Source of the DNA: a virus
Length of the DNA: 64,000 nt
Direction: 5' to 3' (one strand)
IMG/VR virus record: IMGVR_UViG_3300012147_000006
Span: 78,156 to 142,155 of that record
Position numbers and translations under genes: made by a program. A model generated the notes under the pieces. The model saw nothing but the letters and a program-made list of their open reading frames with translations. It ran no database searches and had not been told where the DNA came from. This document shows, one piece after another, positions 1-8,245 of the stretch. Numbering within the stretch: position 1 is the stretch's first letter; each line of letters opens with the position of its first letter.

Positions 1-100
1 CTTTTTCTACTTTTTTTATTACTTCTTGATTTGACATATTTTTTGTTTTATTGGTTATATCTATATAACGATGACATTTTAAAAAGTTACAGAAATGCGA

Positions 101-131
101 AAAGGCAGGGTAACAACTCCCTGCCTTCTCT
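101..131 (-). terminator. intrinsic terminator
   Basis: AAGGCAGGG/CCCTGCCTT stem downstream of ORF 170-439. Confidence 0.65.
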
Positions 132-169
132 ATTTGTAACATTGTAACATATAACAAACAATAATATTT

Positions 170-439
170 TTAGTTCTGGTTCACCTTCTGGACTAACATC
201 TCTAAGGTATCCCTGACCAGCTCCGAGCTGGTAATTTTTTCTTTTGTCTTCAGGACGGTCTTCTGGTCTTGCTTCAGGTCATCCTTAAAACTTACCTGAA
301 CATCCGACTCCTGTATCCTGTATTCACCAGCAATCATGGTTTTGTATCCGTCAATCACATCCTGTCCAGTACATCCCCTGTACTCTATCTGGTACACCTG
401 CTGGTCATCAATGGTGAATACTATCCAAGCCCTGTTCAT
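170..439 (-). CDS. hypothetical protein
   Basis: ORF coupled (ATGA overlap) to 436-753. Confidence 0.7.
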   Translation of the reverse strand: MNRAWIVFTIDDQQVYQIEYRGCTGQDVIDGYKTMIAGEYRIQESDVQVSFKDDLKQDQKTVLKTKEKITSSELVRDTLEMLVQKVNQN

Positions 440-753
440 AATTTCACGCCTGTAATTCTAACTACTTTGTTGCTGGAGAAATCACCTTCAAAAAGTTCTT
501 CAAATAACGCCTCCTGCTCATTAATAGCGTAAACCTCATCCCAGTTGACATATAACACAGGCGTTTCACCGTCCATCTCAATATACACCCTTCCCTGTCT
601 GCCTCTACCTTCGTTCTTGTCGTCATCAGCATCAAAGAATCCGTCATACTGCTGGTTTCTTAGAATGAATCTCATTGCAGCCTCAAGCTCCTGAACCTTT
701 GCGGCTATGGTTGCTTTTGCCCACTCTTGTAAATCTTTCTTTGCTGTTTTCAT
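436..753 (-). CDS. hypothetical protein (probably leaderless)
   Basis: ATG 5 nt after E1 promoter. Confidence 0.75.
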   Translation of the reverse strand: MKTAKKDLQEWAKATIAAKVQELEAAMRFILRNQQYDGFFDADDDKNEGRGRQGRVYIEMDGETPVLYVNWDEVYAINEQEALFEELFEGDFSSNKVVRITGVKL

Positions 754-781
754 ATCTGTATAACGATTCAGGTTTAAAAAG

Positions 782-1111
782 TTACAAAGGGAGAGTTATA
801 AAATTGTCATCTCCCATAATAAAATCATTCTTTGTAGCGCACACATCCACTTTGTATCCCAAGCCCATAAGTTCTTCCAGAGCTTTTGCTGAATTATACA
901 CCTGCTCCTTCTGGTTAAGTCTGTGAGAAATCTCTGGCATCAGGTAAATTACTTGGTCTGGCTTCTCACCTTTCATTGAGGCTGGTAACCCATCTCTTTC
1001 CCACGCTCTAACATTGCTCATGCTGAATTTGCATACAACAATATAATTAGTCCTATCATTGAACTCTAACCCTATCAAAAGTTCTTTTAATATGTTTAAA
1101 ATATCTTCCAT
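782..1111 (-). CDS. hypothetical protein
   Basis: ORF; stop codon lies inside TGTAAC of next promoter. Confidence 0.7.
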   Translation of the reverse strand: MEDILNILKELLIGLEFNDRTNYIVVCKFSMSNVRAWERDGLPASMKGEKPDQVIYLMPEISHRLNQKEQVYNSAKALEELMGLGYKVDVCATKNDFIMGDDNFITLPL

Positions 1112-1455
1112 TAGTCCAGTATAATTTTTTTAGTTAATGGCATATTTAAAGCCTCTTCCAGTTCATTTATTTCTACCAGTAATTCCTCTTTCAAAACCTC
1201 AACCCTATCCATCTTCGTTGGAAATCTTGAAGCGTCTTTCTCAATCATTTGAGTTTTATCTGTATTCTGAATTCTGCCAGTATGGTATCCGCCTGCTTCA
1301 TTAAGGTAAATTACTTTATTGTTTGTCAACGCCTCCAAATAAACATCCATTGCTCTGTTGGTCATGTTCATATGCTTCAGGGCAAATTCCAGTTCCTCTG
1401 CGGTTCTAATAATCAGCCAGTAACATCCGTTGCTAAATCCAAATAAAAATTTCAT
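1111..1455 (-). CDS. hypothetical protein
   Basis: ORF downstream of E1 promoter. Confidence 0.7.
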   Translation of the reverse strand: MKFLFGFSNGCYWLIIRTAEELEFALKHMNMTNRAMDVYLEALTNNKVIYLNEAGGYHTGRIQNTDKTQMIEKDASRFPTKMDRVEVLKEELLVEINELEEALNMPLTKKIILD

Positions 1456-1501
1456 AATTGTCTTGTTGGTTATGTATGTATAACGACACAGTTTTAAAAA
1501 G

Positions 1502-1714
1502 TTACAAAGACTTTAATACATCATTGACTTTGAAAAACCAATGTTGTGTGAACTTATGTTCACTGTCATTTACAAGAGAGAGTATTCCATCCTTTATGAC
1601 CACCTCACGCTCACTGTATCCCCACTTAGGGCAGGTTAAGTAATTTCCATCAGGCAAAGCATTATCCATTGCCTTAGCGTTTAATTCTGCGTTGGGTGTC
1701 TGCGTTAGTTTCAT
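1502..1714 (-). CDS. hypothetical protein (probably leaderless)
   Basis: ATG 5 nt after E1 promoter; stop inside next promoter. Confidence 0.7.
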   Translation of the reverse strand: MKLTQTPNAELNAKAMDNALPDGNYLTCPKWGYSEREVVIKDGILSLVNDSEHKFTQHWFFKVNDVLKSL

Positions 1715-1759
1715 ATCTGTATAACGATGAGGTTTTAAAAAGTTACAAGGGAGAGTTTT

Positions 1760-1835
1760 AAAAAAAGAGGGCGTGTTGGAGTCTACTCTTCCGCCATTTT
1801 TGAAATGTCATGCCCGTATCAGTTTCCTACCTACA
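1760..1835 (-). ncRNA. candidate small structured RNA (or 17-aa peptide) under its own E1 promoter
   Basis: Promoter 1840-1867, GC-rich stems, ends in U7 tract, no ORF longer than 17 aa. Confidence 0.35.
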
Positions 1836-1895
1836 TTCATATAACGATGGTTATTTAAAAAGTTACAACGCTTCGCTCGTTCGGGGCAAACAAAG

Positions 1896-1923
1896 AAAAG
1901 GGAGACTTTTCAGCCTCCCCTTA
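1896..1923 (-). terminator. intrinsic terminator
   Basis: GGGAG/CTCCC stem plus U tract after SprT-like gene. Confidence 0.55.
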
Positions 1924-1951
1924 TTGTCGTAACCACACAAACAATAATCTC

Positions 1952-2530
1952 TTAATAGTTCTGTATCTGTGTTAGTGCATACTTTTCGGTGTATCTTCCG
2001 TTGTTGTGTTCGTTACAACATTTTCCACAAGCACTAATTCTTTTCTTCTTTTTGTGACTCGCACTTTTTTTCCCGCATCCATTTTCACAAACTAATGTGT
2101 ATTTACTTTGAGTGTCGCTAATGTCCTCCGACTTGTAGCATCTTTCTGCGGTGCAAAGTACTTTTCTTGCTATTGCTTTCCACACGTTGTTGTGGTGGTT
2201 TCTTCCTCCCATTGCTCCATCAAGTGCGTGCGCTAATTCGTGACGCAATGTGTTTTCAAATTCTAATCCTTTGCTTAAGTTTTGAGTTACCAAATACTTT
2301 GAAAGGTAAATCGTTTTGTTTCTGTAATTACAAAGACCTGCTGCTCTTTTTCTTGAATTATACTCAAACTTCCACCCCAATTCTTTTAAGTTAATAACAC
2401 TTGCTTCTTTGAAACTGTAAATATCAATTGTCCAAATCGTTGCAAGTAATCTGTTTGCTAATCTTTCAAGTTCTCCAAGGGTTGTCTTACAGTTTTCCTC
2501 GAAGTGCATTTCTTTTGTTAAGTCTTTCAT
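1952..2530 (-). CDS. SprT-like zinc metalloprotease
   Basis: RAAGLC, HELAH, H..W motifs and C-terminal Cys zinc ribbon. Confidence 0.85.
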   Translation of the reverse strand: MKDLTKEMHFEENCKTTLGELERLANRLLATIWTIDIYSFKEASVINLKELGWKFEYNSRKRAAGLCNYRNKTIYLSKYLVTQNLSKGLEFENTLRHELAHALDGAMGGRNHHNNVWKAIARKVLCTAERCYKSEDISDTQSKYTLVCENGCGKKSASHKKKKRISACGKCCNEHNNGRYTEKYALTQIQNY

Positions 2531-2711
2531 TGTCGTTGTTTTTATGTTACATACATATAACGATACGATTTCAAAAAGTTACAATTTCTTTCTCTGCGCT
2601 TTTCTCTTCTCTCTGCGCTTTTCTTTTCCACACTTTGGAATGTCAAAGTTTTTGGTGGTTCTACCCTCATCACTATAAGGGTTTGTTATGTAATAAATTT
2701 TATCAACCATC

Positions 2712-3104
2712 TTATCCAAAAATTACTTCTCCATATAAACAGTGCTGAAGCAATTCAGTAGCCGTTATCGCATCATCCCCCTCTTCTTTGTAGGTCAACA
2801 CTATTTCAGACGCATCTTCATTGCTAAGGGCTTCTATCGCACCCTCAAGCGTGAATTCTAACGCTTCATCCCCCTCATAGTCAAAAAACTGTAAAGGCTT
2901 TCCGCTTTTAAGAATTTGAGCGTAAATGTCCTCACGACACGGGCTATTGTCATTCTCTGCGTTCCAAGTGTTTTTCGCTTCCTCATAGTCCTCTTGAACT
3001 ATGTTTAATCGAACCGAACACATTGCGAGTTCGCTTAACCCTCCGTTGCAAAGTGCGTTATGCACCATCTCTAAAACTTCTACTTTATCTAAAATAATTT
3101 TCAT
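2712..3104 (-). CDS. hypothetical protein
   Basis: E1 promoter; C-terminal DA..LLQ..LYGEVIFG motif typical of a phage family. Confidence 0.75.
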   Translation of the reverse strand: MKIILDKVEVLEMVHNALCNGGLSELAMCSVRLNIVQEDYEEAKNTWNAENDNSPCREDIYAQILKSGKPLQFFDYEGDEALEFTLEGAIEALSNEDASEIVLTYKEEGDDAITATELLQHCLYGEVIFG

Positions 3105-3161
3105 GTCTTTTGTTTTTGGTTACAAGTGTATAACGATACGATTTCAAAAAGTTACAATTAT

Positions 3162-3425
3162 CTAAGCTTCAAAATCTCCAATATATAATTTTCCATTTTG
3201 AAAACTTGGCTCATATTCTCCATGCTCTGCTTCCATGTCATCAGTTTCAAAAAACGTGCTATCTGCCGCTTTCTCTAATTTGTGGCATACACATATAACA
3301 ACTGACATATCTCCTTGCATTGGGTGCTCAAAGAACTCTATCTCTTGACCCTTTGAGTTTGTCATTGCTCCGTAGCTTGTCGGGTTATGCTCCATTAATT
3401 TTTCGTACTTATAATGCTTTGCCAT
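3162..3425 (-). CDS. hypothetical protein
   Basis: E1 promoter upstream. Confidence 0.75.
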   Translation of the reverse strand: MAKHYKYEKLMEHNPTSYGAMTNSKGQEIEFFEHPMQGDMSVVICVCHKLEKAADSTFFETDDMEAEHGEYEPSFQNGKLYIGDFEA

Positions 3426-3475
3426 TTTGTTTGTCTTTATTGGTTACAAGTGTATAACGAAATGAATTTAAAAAG

Positions 3476-3718
3476 TTACAAAACGTTTGCAAGGTTTGTG
3501 AAATATGCAAAATCAATTAACATCATTTCTTTTTGTGCCACGGGGAGAGTTGCAAAATTTGGTGAGCAAATCATATCGCCCAAGGCTTGCATTTTTTGTA
3601 TTGTCTGAGCTTGTAAGTGACCCGTAGGCATTTCGCCCATTTGTTGAGGTTGGGGAGAGTTTTGTCCTTCTAACTCTTCTGCTTGTCTTTTTGACGGTGT
3701 GTTGAATCCTATTGCCAT
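3476..3718 (-). CDS. hypothetical protein
   Basis: E1 promoter; stop inside next promoter. Confidence 0.7.
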   Translation of the reverse strand: MAIGFNTPSKRQAEELEGQNSPQPQQMGEMPTGHLQAQTIQKMQALGDMICSPNFATLPVAQKEMMLIDFAYFTNLANVL

Positions 3719-3775
3719 TTTGTTTATCTTTATTGGTTACATAGATATAACGATAGCAATTCAAAAAGTTACAAT

Positions 3776-3994
3776 CTAATTAGGGAGAGTTTCAATGCGT
3801 TCTAAGGTGTTTTTATCTACTGAGTAAGGCTGGCTATGCCCGTTACCTTTTAAGACCAATACAATAGGTATTGGGGAGAGTTCTAATAGTATTCCATGCA
3901 CAGTAACGCCATCGCCAATGCCACACGTACCAACTGCCTTAACAAGTCCGCCAATCATCTTTTTTGCATCTTCTAATAATACTATCTTTGCCAT
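3776..3994 (-). CDS. hypothetical protein
   Basis: ORF. Confidence 0.6.
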   Translation of the reverse strand: MAKIVLLEDAKKMIGGLVKAVGTCGIGDGVTVHGILLELSPIPIVLVLKGNGHSQPYSVDKNTLERIETLPN

Positions 3995-4062
3995 TAGGGA
4001 GAGTTTCTAAGTTTATAAAAAAAAAGGGGAGCAATTCGCCCCCCTCGTTGTTGTTTCGTTTC

Positions 4063-4632
4063 TTATCCCTCAATTAGGTACATATTACCATTCATATTGA
4101 AAGAAATTAAGTTGTTAAAGTCAAGCGTTCTGAAAAAGAAGTTATTTTCTTCGTTAATCGTTCCACGTCCTGCAACTGCATTTGGTTTCAATCCCGCAGG
4201 TGTAATGTAAGTATCATTCCAAACATCTTTACGGTCAACTAACTTTCCATCTAAAATCAATTGTGTTTGTGGCTTTGAATGTCCTTCAACAATGAATACT
4301 AAGTATCTTTTTTCTTGTGTCTTTGTGTCCATACACACTGGGTTTCCTTCTGAAACATAATCTTTACCTCTCATTGGTTGCGCTTCAAAAACAATTTCCT
4401 TTCCCTCTCTGTCAAGAATTTTGTTAACTTTCTTTGCATAATCACTCCCTATTGTTGCGTTCGTTTCAACCATTTTCTGTAAAACTTTCTTACCTTTTAC
4501 AGTTTTAGACTTTGACTCGTCTACTAAGTATGCAATGTTTGAAAATGCTACACCCGAAGCCGAAACTTCTTTTTTGTAGTTAGTGAACATTGTTACTGCT
4601 TGGTCTCTTGTAATTCTTACTAAATTTTTCAT
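4063..4632 (-). CDS. hypothetical protein
   Basis: 189-aa ORF, E1 promoter, hairpin 4020-4047 downstream. Confidence 0.8.
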   Translation of the reverse strand: MKNLVRITRDQAVTMFTNYKKEVSASGVAFSNIAYLVDESKSKTVKGKKVLQKMVETNATIGSDYAKKVNKILDREGKEIVFEAQPMRGKDYVSEGNPVCMDTKTQEKRYLVFIVEGHSKPQTQLILDGKLVDRKDVWNDTYITPAGLKPNAVAGRGTINEENNFFFRTLDFNNLISFNMNGNMYLIEG

Positions 4633-4816
4633 AATGTTTGTTTTATTATTGGTTACATACTTATAACGATATGTTTTTAAAAAGTTACAAAATCAAATTT
4701 CTACCTTAGAAAGTTCGCTTACTTTCTTATACGCAAATAAAAATTAATGTTCTATATCTTTGTAACTTTTTGAATTTTGGTCGTTATATATATGTAACCA
4801 ATAAAAACATTAAAAG

Positions 4817-5077
4817 ATGATTGATTTAACGCAAGAGCAAAAGAACAAAATTCAGGAGAATACTGTAAGAGATTCAGGAGTCATTTGCTTTGAAGAGTAC
4901 CATTCAGCTGACGGTGAAGTAACAGTAACCAATATTAATATTAACAAGCAGCCTGGATTCTATGCCGACAGGGTATATACCTTAAAAAACAAAAACAAAA
5001 ACATTCTTGTCTCTAAAAGCGCTGGTGATATTCTTGATGAATATACAAAGATAATGCTTGTAAAATTAAAATTGTAA
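4817..5077 (+). CDS. hypothetical protein
   Basis: Divergent E1 promoter 4761-4788. Confidence 0.7.
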   Translation: MIDLTQEQKNKIQENTVRDSGVICFEEYHSADGEVTVTNININKQPGFYADRVYTLKNKNKNILVSKSAGDILDEYTKIMLVKLKL

Positions 5078-5126
5078 CTTTTTAAATTCCTGTCGTTATA
5101 TTAATGTAACCAAACAAGTAGAAATT

Positions 5127-5267
5127 ATGAGCAAAGATATTAAAGCACCAAAGTTTGAAGTCATTCAATTGACGCAAGGTGAGATACAAGATGCAATGAA
5201 GCATAGCGTACACAAGTCTAAGAAGACGTACACACGAAAGGCAAAGCACAAAGGTAAGAGGTACTAA
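5127..5267 (+). CDS. 46-aa basic protein with HKSKKTYTRKAKHK tail (ArfA-like tail motif)
   Basis: Not in ORF track; own E1 promoter 5073-5100. Confidence 0.65.
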   Translation: MSKDIKAPKFEVIQLTQGEIQDAMKHSVHKSKKTYTRKAKHKGKRY

Positions 5268-5269
5268 CC

Positions 5270-6050
5270 CCCTACCCTGTTTAAGCCCCTTACAGATAGG
5301 CTCTTATTTAAGGGGTCTATTTAAGGCTCGGAAGGAAAATAAGCCCCTAAAAAAGCCGCCCCTCCATAGGGGGTCCAAGACCTCTCACGAATTTTTCCCC
5401 ATTTTTTTTACAATATTCTCAACCAACGTATATTCCCTATCATACGCATTGTTGCTCCAGGTTTATTATTATTTTTCTCAACCAATCCCGTCAAGGACAA
5501 AATGTCCTATAGAATGTCTTTGAGAATTGTGAATATAAGCTATATTGCTTATAAAGGACAATATAAGCTCCTGGGCTTATAATACGTTCGGAATGACCAT
5601 CGGAATTTTCTTAATACTTATTTGCCGCATCCTTTACTGCGATTAGGATAGCTAACTGCCGTAACGTTCGGAATAAATAGTTCTTTCATCATGACGAGGA
5701 AAAGTTTTCTCTTTGTTAATAAGTCAATCCTTAAAAATTTTTTCCCAAATTTTTTAAGCTAATTTCTGGACCAATTACGCTCGGAATGACCATCGGAATC
5801 TCTCTGAGAAAAAACCTCTACACAACACTGATAGCAAAGCTTTAACGAGCGGAATGACCATCGGAATTATTTGCCGCATAAAGCGCTGCGATTAGGTGTT
5901 CTATTTGCCGCACTCAAAGATATTGTTCATTCGTCATGACGAACAAGAAACTTTCTCTGGGGGGTAGGGGGTCCGTATAAGGGGGTGCCCCTTTTTCCTA
6001 TGGACTTACAAAAAGTGAATCCTTAAAAATTTTTTCCCAAATTTTTTATT
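5270..6050. repeat. non-coding repeat-rich island (candidate origin, terminus or packaging/injection signal)
   Basis: CGGAATGACCATCGGAAT x3 (5589, 5782, 5850); TATTTGCCGCA x3; CTGCGATTAGG x2; ~31-bp AATCCTTAAAAATTTTTTCCCAAATTTTTTA x2; G/C runs. Confidence 0.75.
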
Positions 6051-6068
6051 GTAAATTTTGGGAACAAG

Positions 6069-6237
6069 TTAACAGTGGTCTTTGAATAGTTTCTTCATTC
6101 TATGTATGTGAGAAATGACAAGACACTTATATGCAAGGTGCAGCAACGAAGTTTCTGATAGGCCCATCTTTTTTCTCTTCAAATGTTCGAGTATATTCTT
6201 CGTACTTAAATTCCCAGAGTTCTATATCTTCATTCAT
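6069..6237 (-). pseudogene. C-terminal [HY]C family member, +1 frameshift in A6 run
   Basis: MNEDIELWE...EEK/KMGLSETSLLHLAYKCLVISHIHRMKKLFKDHC; aligns with 6237-6425. Confidence 0.7.
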
Positions 6238-6425
6238 TAGCAGTAATCTTGTATTATTTTTTCACGCCTACACCTGACAGCCAAATCCAGGAAACGATAA
6301 GCTCTAACGAGTTCATGAGTACCTGTGCTGAGGCCCCAGAAATGGACTTCAGTTTCATAATCTCCTATTGATTGGTTGCACCTGGTTTCCCACTTAATTA
6401 TTTCTTCTCTTGTAATCTTACTCAC
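6237..6425 (-). CDS. C-terminal [HY]C family protein
   Basis: ends REKIIQDYC. Confidence 0.75.
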   Translation of the reverse strand: MSKITREEIIKWETRCNQSIGDYETEVHFWGLSTGTHELVRAYRFLDLAVRCRREKIIQDYC

Positions 6426-6603
6426 AGTGTTTTCTATATATTTTATGGTAATGCAATTTAATAATCCAATAGTGAGACTCCTCTTGTTTGTCTTCTCCCA
6501 TGATTCTTAAATTACTTTCCATTAGATTCAACAATTGCTCCAGCGTCAAACCTTGTTGCTTGAGAACTCCATTGACTTCTTCTTTTGTTAGGTTATTTAT
6601 CAC
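6418..6603 (-). CDS. C-terminal [HY]C family protein
   Basis: ends HKIYRKHCE. Confidence 0.75.
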   Translation of the reverse strand: MINNLTKEEVNGVLKQQGLTLEQLLNLMESNLRIMGEDKQEESHYWIIKLHYHKIYRKHCE

Positions 6604-6832
6604 AATGCTTCAATTTAATTAACATCATCCTATATTCAATTGAATTTGTTACACAGAAGAGTGCGGTTTCTTCCCACCCTCTCTTGGAGCCAAGTCTATT
6701 CTGAACTGAACCGTCACTTCTAATGTGACTTACATATCCGCAATCCATAGCCTTGCAGTACTTAACATAATCAAGGTCATAAATTTTGGTCCTATATTCC
6801 AATTCGTTTATATCATTTCTAAAATCATCCAC
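6593..6832 (-). CDS. C-terminal [HY]C family protein
   Basis: ends IKLKHCDK. Confidence 0.75.
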   Translation of the reverse strand: MDDFRNDINELEYRTKIYDLDYVKYCKAMDCGYVSHIRSDGSVQNRLGSKRGWEETALFCVTNSIEYRMMLIKLKHCDK

Positions 6833-7031
6833 AGTGGTCTTGTTTTATTTTTATCATTCTAAGTTGTATTACCTTAAATATTGAAAACACTGACATTTCA
6901 GCACATTCTTCATATGACATTTCAATGGTATTATCGTAGAGATTGTCTAAATATTCTTGATGGACGGTTTCCCAGTTAATAATTTGGTTCTCGGTGACCT
7001 TGCCTCCCCTCCTTCTTCTAATATTCGCCAT
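6825..7031 (-). CDS. C-terminal [HY]C family protein
   Basis: ends IKIKQDHCG. Confidence 0.75.
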   Translation of the reverse strand: MANIRRRRGGKVTENQIINWETVHQEYLDNLYDNTIEMSYEECAEMSVFSIFKVIQLRMIKIKQDHCG

Positions 7032-7275
7032 GGTCTCTAAGTATCTTTTTCATCCTGTAGTAAATTGATTTCATAAGTGCGTCACATGCTCTCCCAAGAG
7101 ATAACATGGAGTCTTTGTTGCATTCATAATTAATGTCGTAGTGACGAATGTTGTCCTCCAGGGAAAAAGTCTGTTCTATGATTTTTTCAGTAGAAGTAAC
7201 TTGGAAGTTTAAATATATAAGTTCTCCTTTTGGAGTTATAATCCCTGGCGGTATAAATTCTTTTCCTTTATGCAC
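7018..7275 (-). CDS. C-terminal [HY]C family protein (Cys to Gly variant)
   Basis: ends KKILRDHGEY. Confidence 0.7.
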   Translation of the reverse strand: MHKGKEFIPPGIITPKGELIYLNFQVTSTEKIIEQTFSLEDNIRHYDINYECNKDSMLSLGRACDALMKSIYYRMKKILRDHGEY

Positions 7276-7558
7276 AGTGTTTTTTTAAAATTAATAAATT
7301 CATGTAATACAAATATTTCTCCAGGTGATACATGGTAAACTCATCTTTATACTCTCCTTGTTTAAAGTAAGCATCTGAATATCTCTTATGAGATTCAACA
7401 TTATTCTCAATGCTATCCTTGGTATCAATAAAAATGTCCCTCATATGAATGGGTGGCATTCTAAGCGATTTCCTCAAACTTGCAAGAAACCGTTCCATAT
7501 CCTCATCGCTAACTGTATTTGGATACACGACAAACGTTCTTTTATTATCCTTACTCAC
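7268..7558 (-). CDS. C-terminal [HY]C family protein
   Basis: ends LILKKHCA. Confidence 0.75.
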   Translation of the reverse strand: MSKDNKRTFVVYPNTVSDEDMERFLASLRKSLRMPPIHMRDIFIDTKDSIENNVESHKRYSDAYFKQGEYKDEFTMYHLEKYLYYMNLLILKKHCA

Positions 7559-7646
7559 AATGCTTCTCTTTTATGTTATAGTGCATTAGGTGGATGCATT
7601 TCTTGGGCTTGAACTCGTTGGGGTCATATATATTCTGTTCACTCAC
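7551..7646 (-). CDS. 31-aa C-terminal [HY]C family protein
   Basis: Not in track: MSEQNIYDPNEFKPKKCIHLMHYNIKEKHCE; coupled on both sides. Confidence 0.65.
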   Translation of the reverse strand: MSEQNIYDPNEFKPKKCIHLMHYNIKEKHCE

Positions 7647-7977
7647 AGTAGTCCTTTCTTATTTTCTTCTCCATCACAGTCAAGAGGTTTGCCAGAATAT
7701 CTTTCCTAAGAAAGTCTGGAATATCTGTATCAAGCATTGACTTCATCTTCTCTACTCTTCCCTCCAGAGAAAGAGTGCTAAGTTCAATTGTTTTTGTTTT
7801 AGCTATTTCCTTATCAATTTCTTTTTTAAGAATGCTTGTGAGAGCTGCTTCTATGTCAATGCCATACAGTTCCAACAGCTCTCTTGTTTCTTGTGAAACA
7901 GGCTTAATTGAGAACTCGGTGCCATGGAATTCATAGGTGTATTCTTCTGTTGGCAATTTTATCTCTTCTTTTGTCAT
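7639..7977 (-). CDS. C-terminal [HY]C family protein
   Basis: ends KKIRKDYCE. Confidence 0.75.
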   Translation of the reverse strand: MTKEEIKLPTEEYTYEFHGTEFSIKPVSQETRELLELYGIDIEAALTSILKKEIDKEIAKTKTIELSTLSLEGRVEKMKSMLDTDIPDFLRKDILANLLTVMEKKIRKDYCE

Positions 7978-8240
7978 TAGCAGTGGTCTATTTTTATTTT
8001 CTTCATCATAACTCCTATTATTGTATCGAGCGTCAATAATTTTTCTGTAATTGTTCGCTCATGCGTAATTCTCTCCTTAAGATTTGTTAGCTGCGTGCTT
8101 ATGCTAATTGTTGAAAGTCCTGCTATTTGCATCATCTCATTGAATGCTTCGGCTCCCATATTTTCTCCGTCAACCACAAATCCCACAATATTGGTACCAG
8201 TCTGGTTCCAGACAATCTCTGTTTTATTCGATTCGTTCAT
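7977..8240 (-). CDS. C-terminal [HY]C family protein, first gene of array
   Basis: ends KKIKIDHC. Confidence 0.75.
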   Translation of the reverse strand: MNESNKTEIVWNQTGTNIVGFVVDGENMGAEAFNEMMQIAGLSTISISTQLTNLKERITHERTITEKLLTLDTIIGVMMKKIKIDHC

Positions 8241-8245
8241 GTGCT

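Larger units (their letters stand above)
789..4005 (+). repeat. 7 co-oriented copies of GGGAGAGTT
   Basis: 789, 1749, 3543, 3653, 3783, 3874, 3997. Confidence 0.85.
64..5100. promoter_or_regulatory. 12 copies of a 28-bp motif TGTAACTTTTT-N10-CGTTATA (ECF-sigma-like promoter, class E1)
   Basis: Minus strand: 64-91, 759-786, 1479-1506, 1720-1747, 1840-1867, 2556-2583, 3129-3156, 3453-3480, 3746-3773, 4662-4689. Plus strand: 4761-4788, 5073-5100. Fixed spacing, oriented toward the downstream gene; AAC...CGT geometry resembles ECF promoters. Confidence 0.85.

Noticed and set aside
64-5100. 28-bp repeats as a CRISPR array
   Set aside because: The intervals are whole genes of very variable length, the central 10 bp varies, orientation flips with gene direction, and no cas genes are present.
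64-5100. Canonical integron attC or Xer dif sites
   Set aside because: Too short for attC, no L boxes, and conserved bases are at the outer ends unlike dif; no integrase in the window. Kept only as an analogy.
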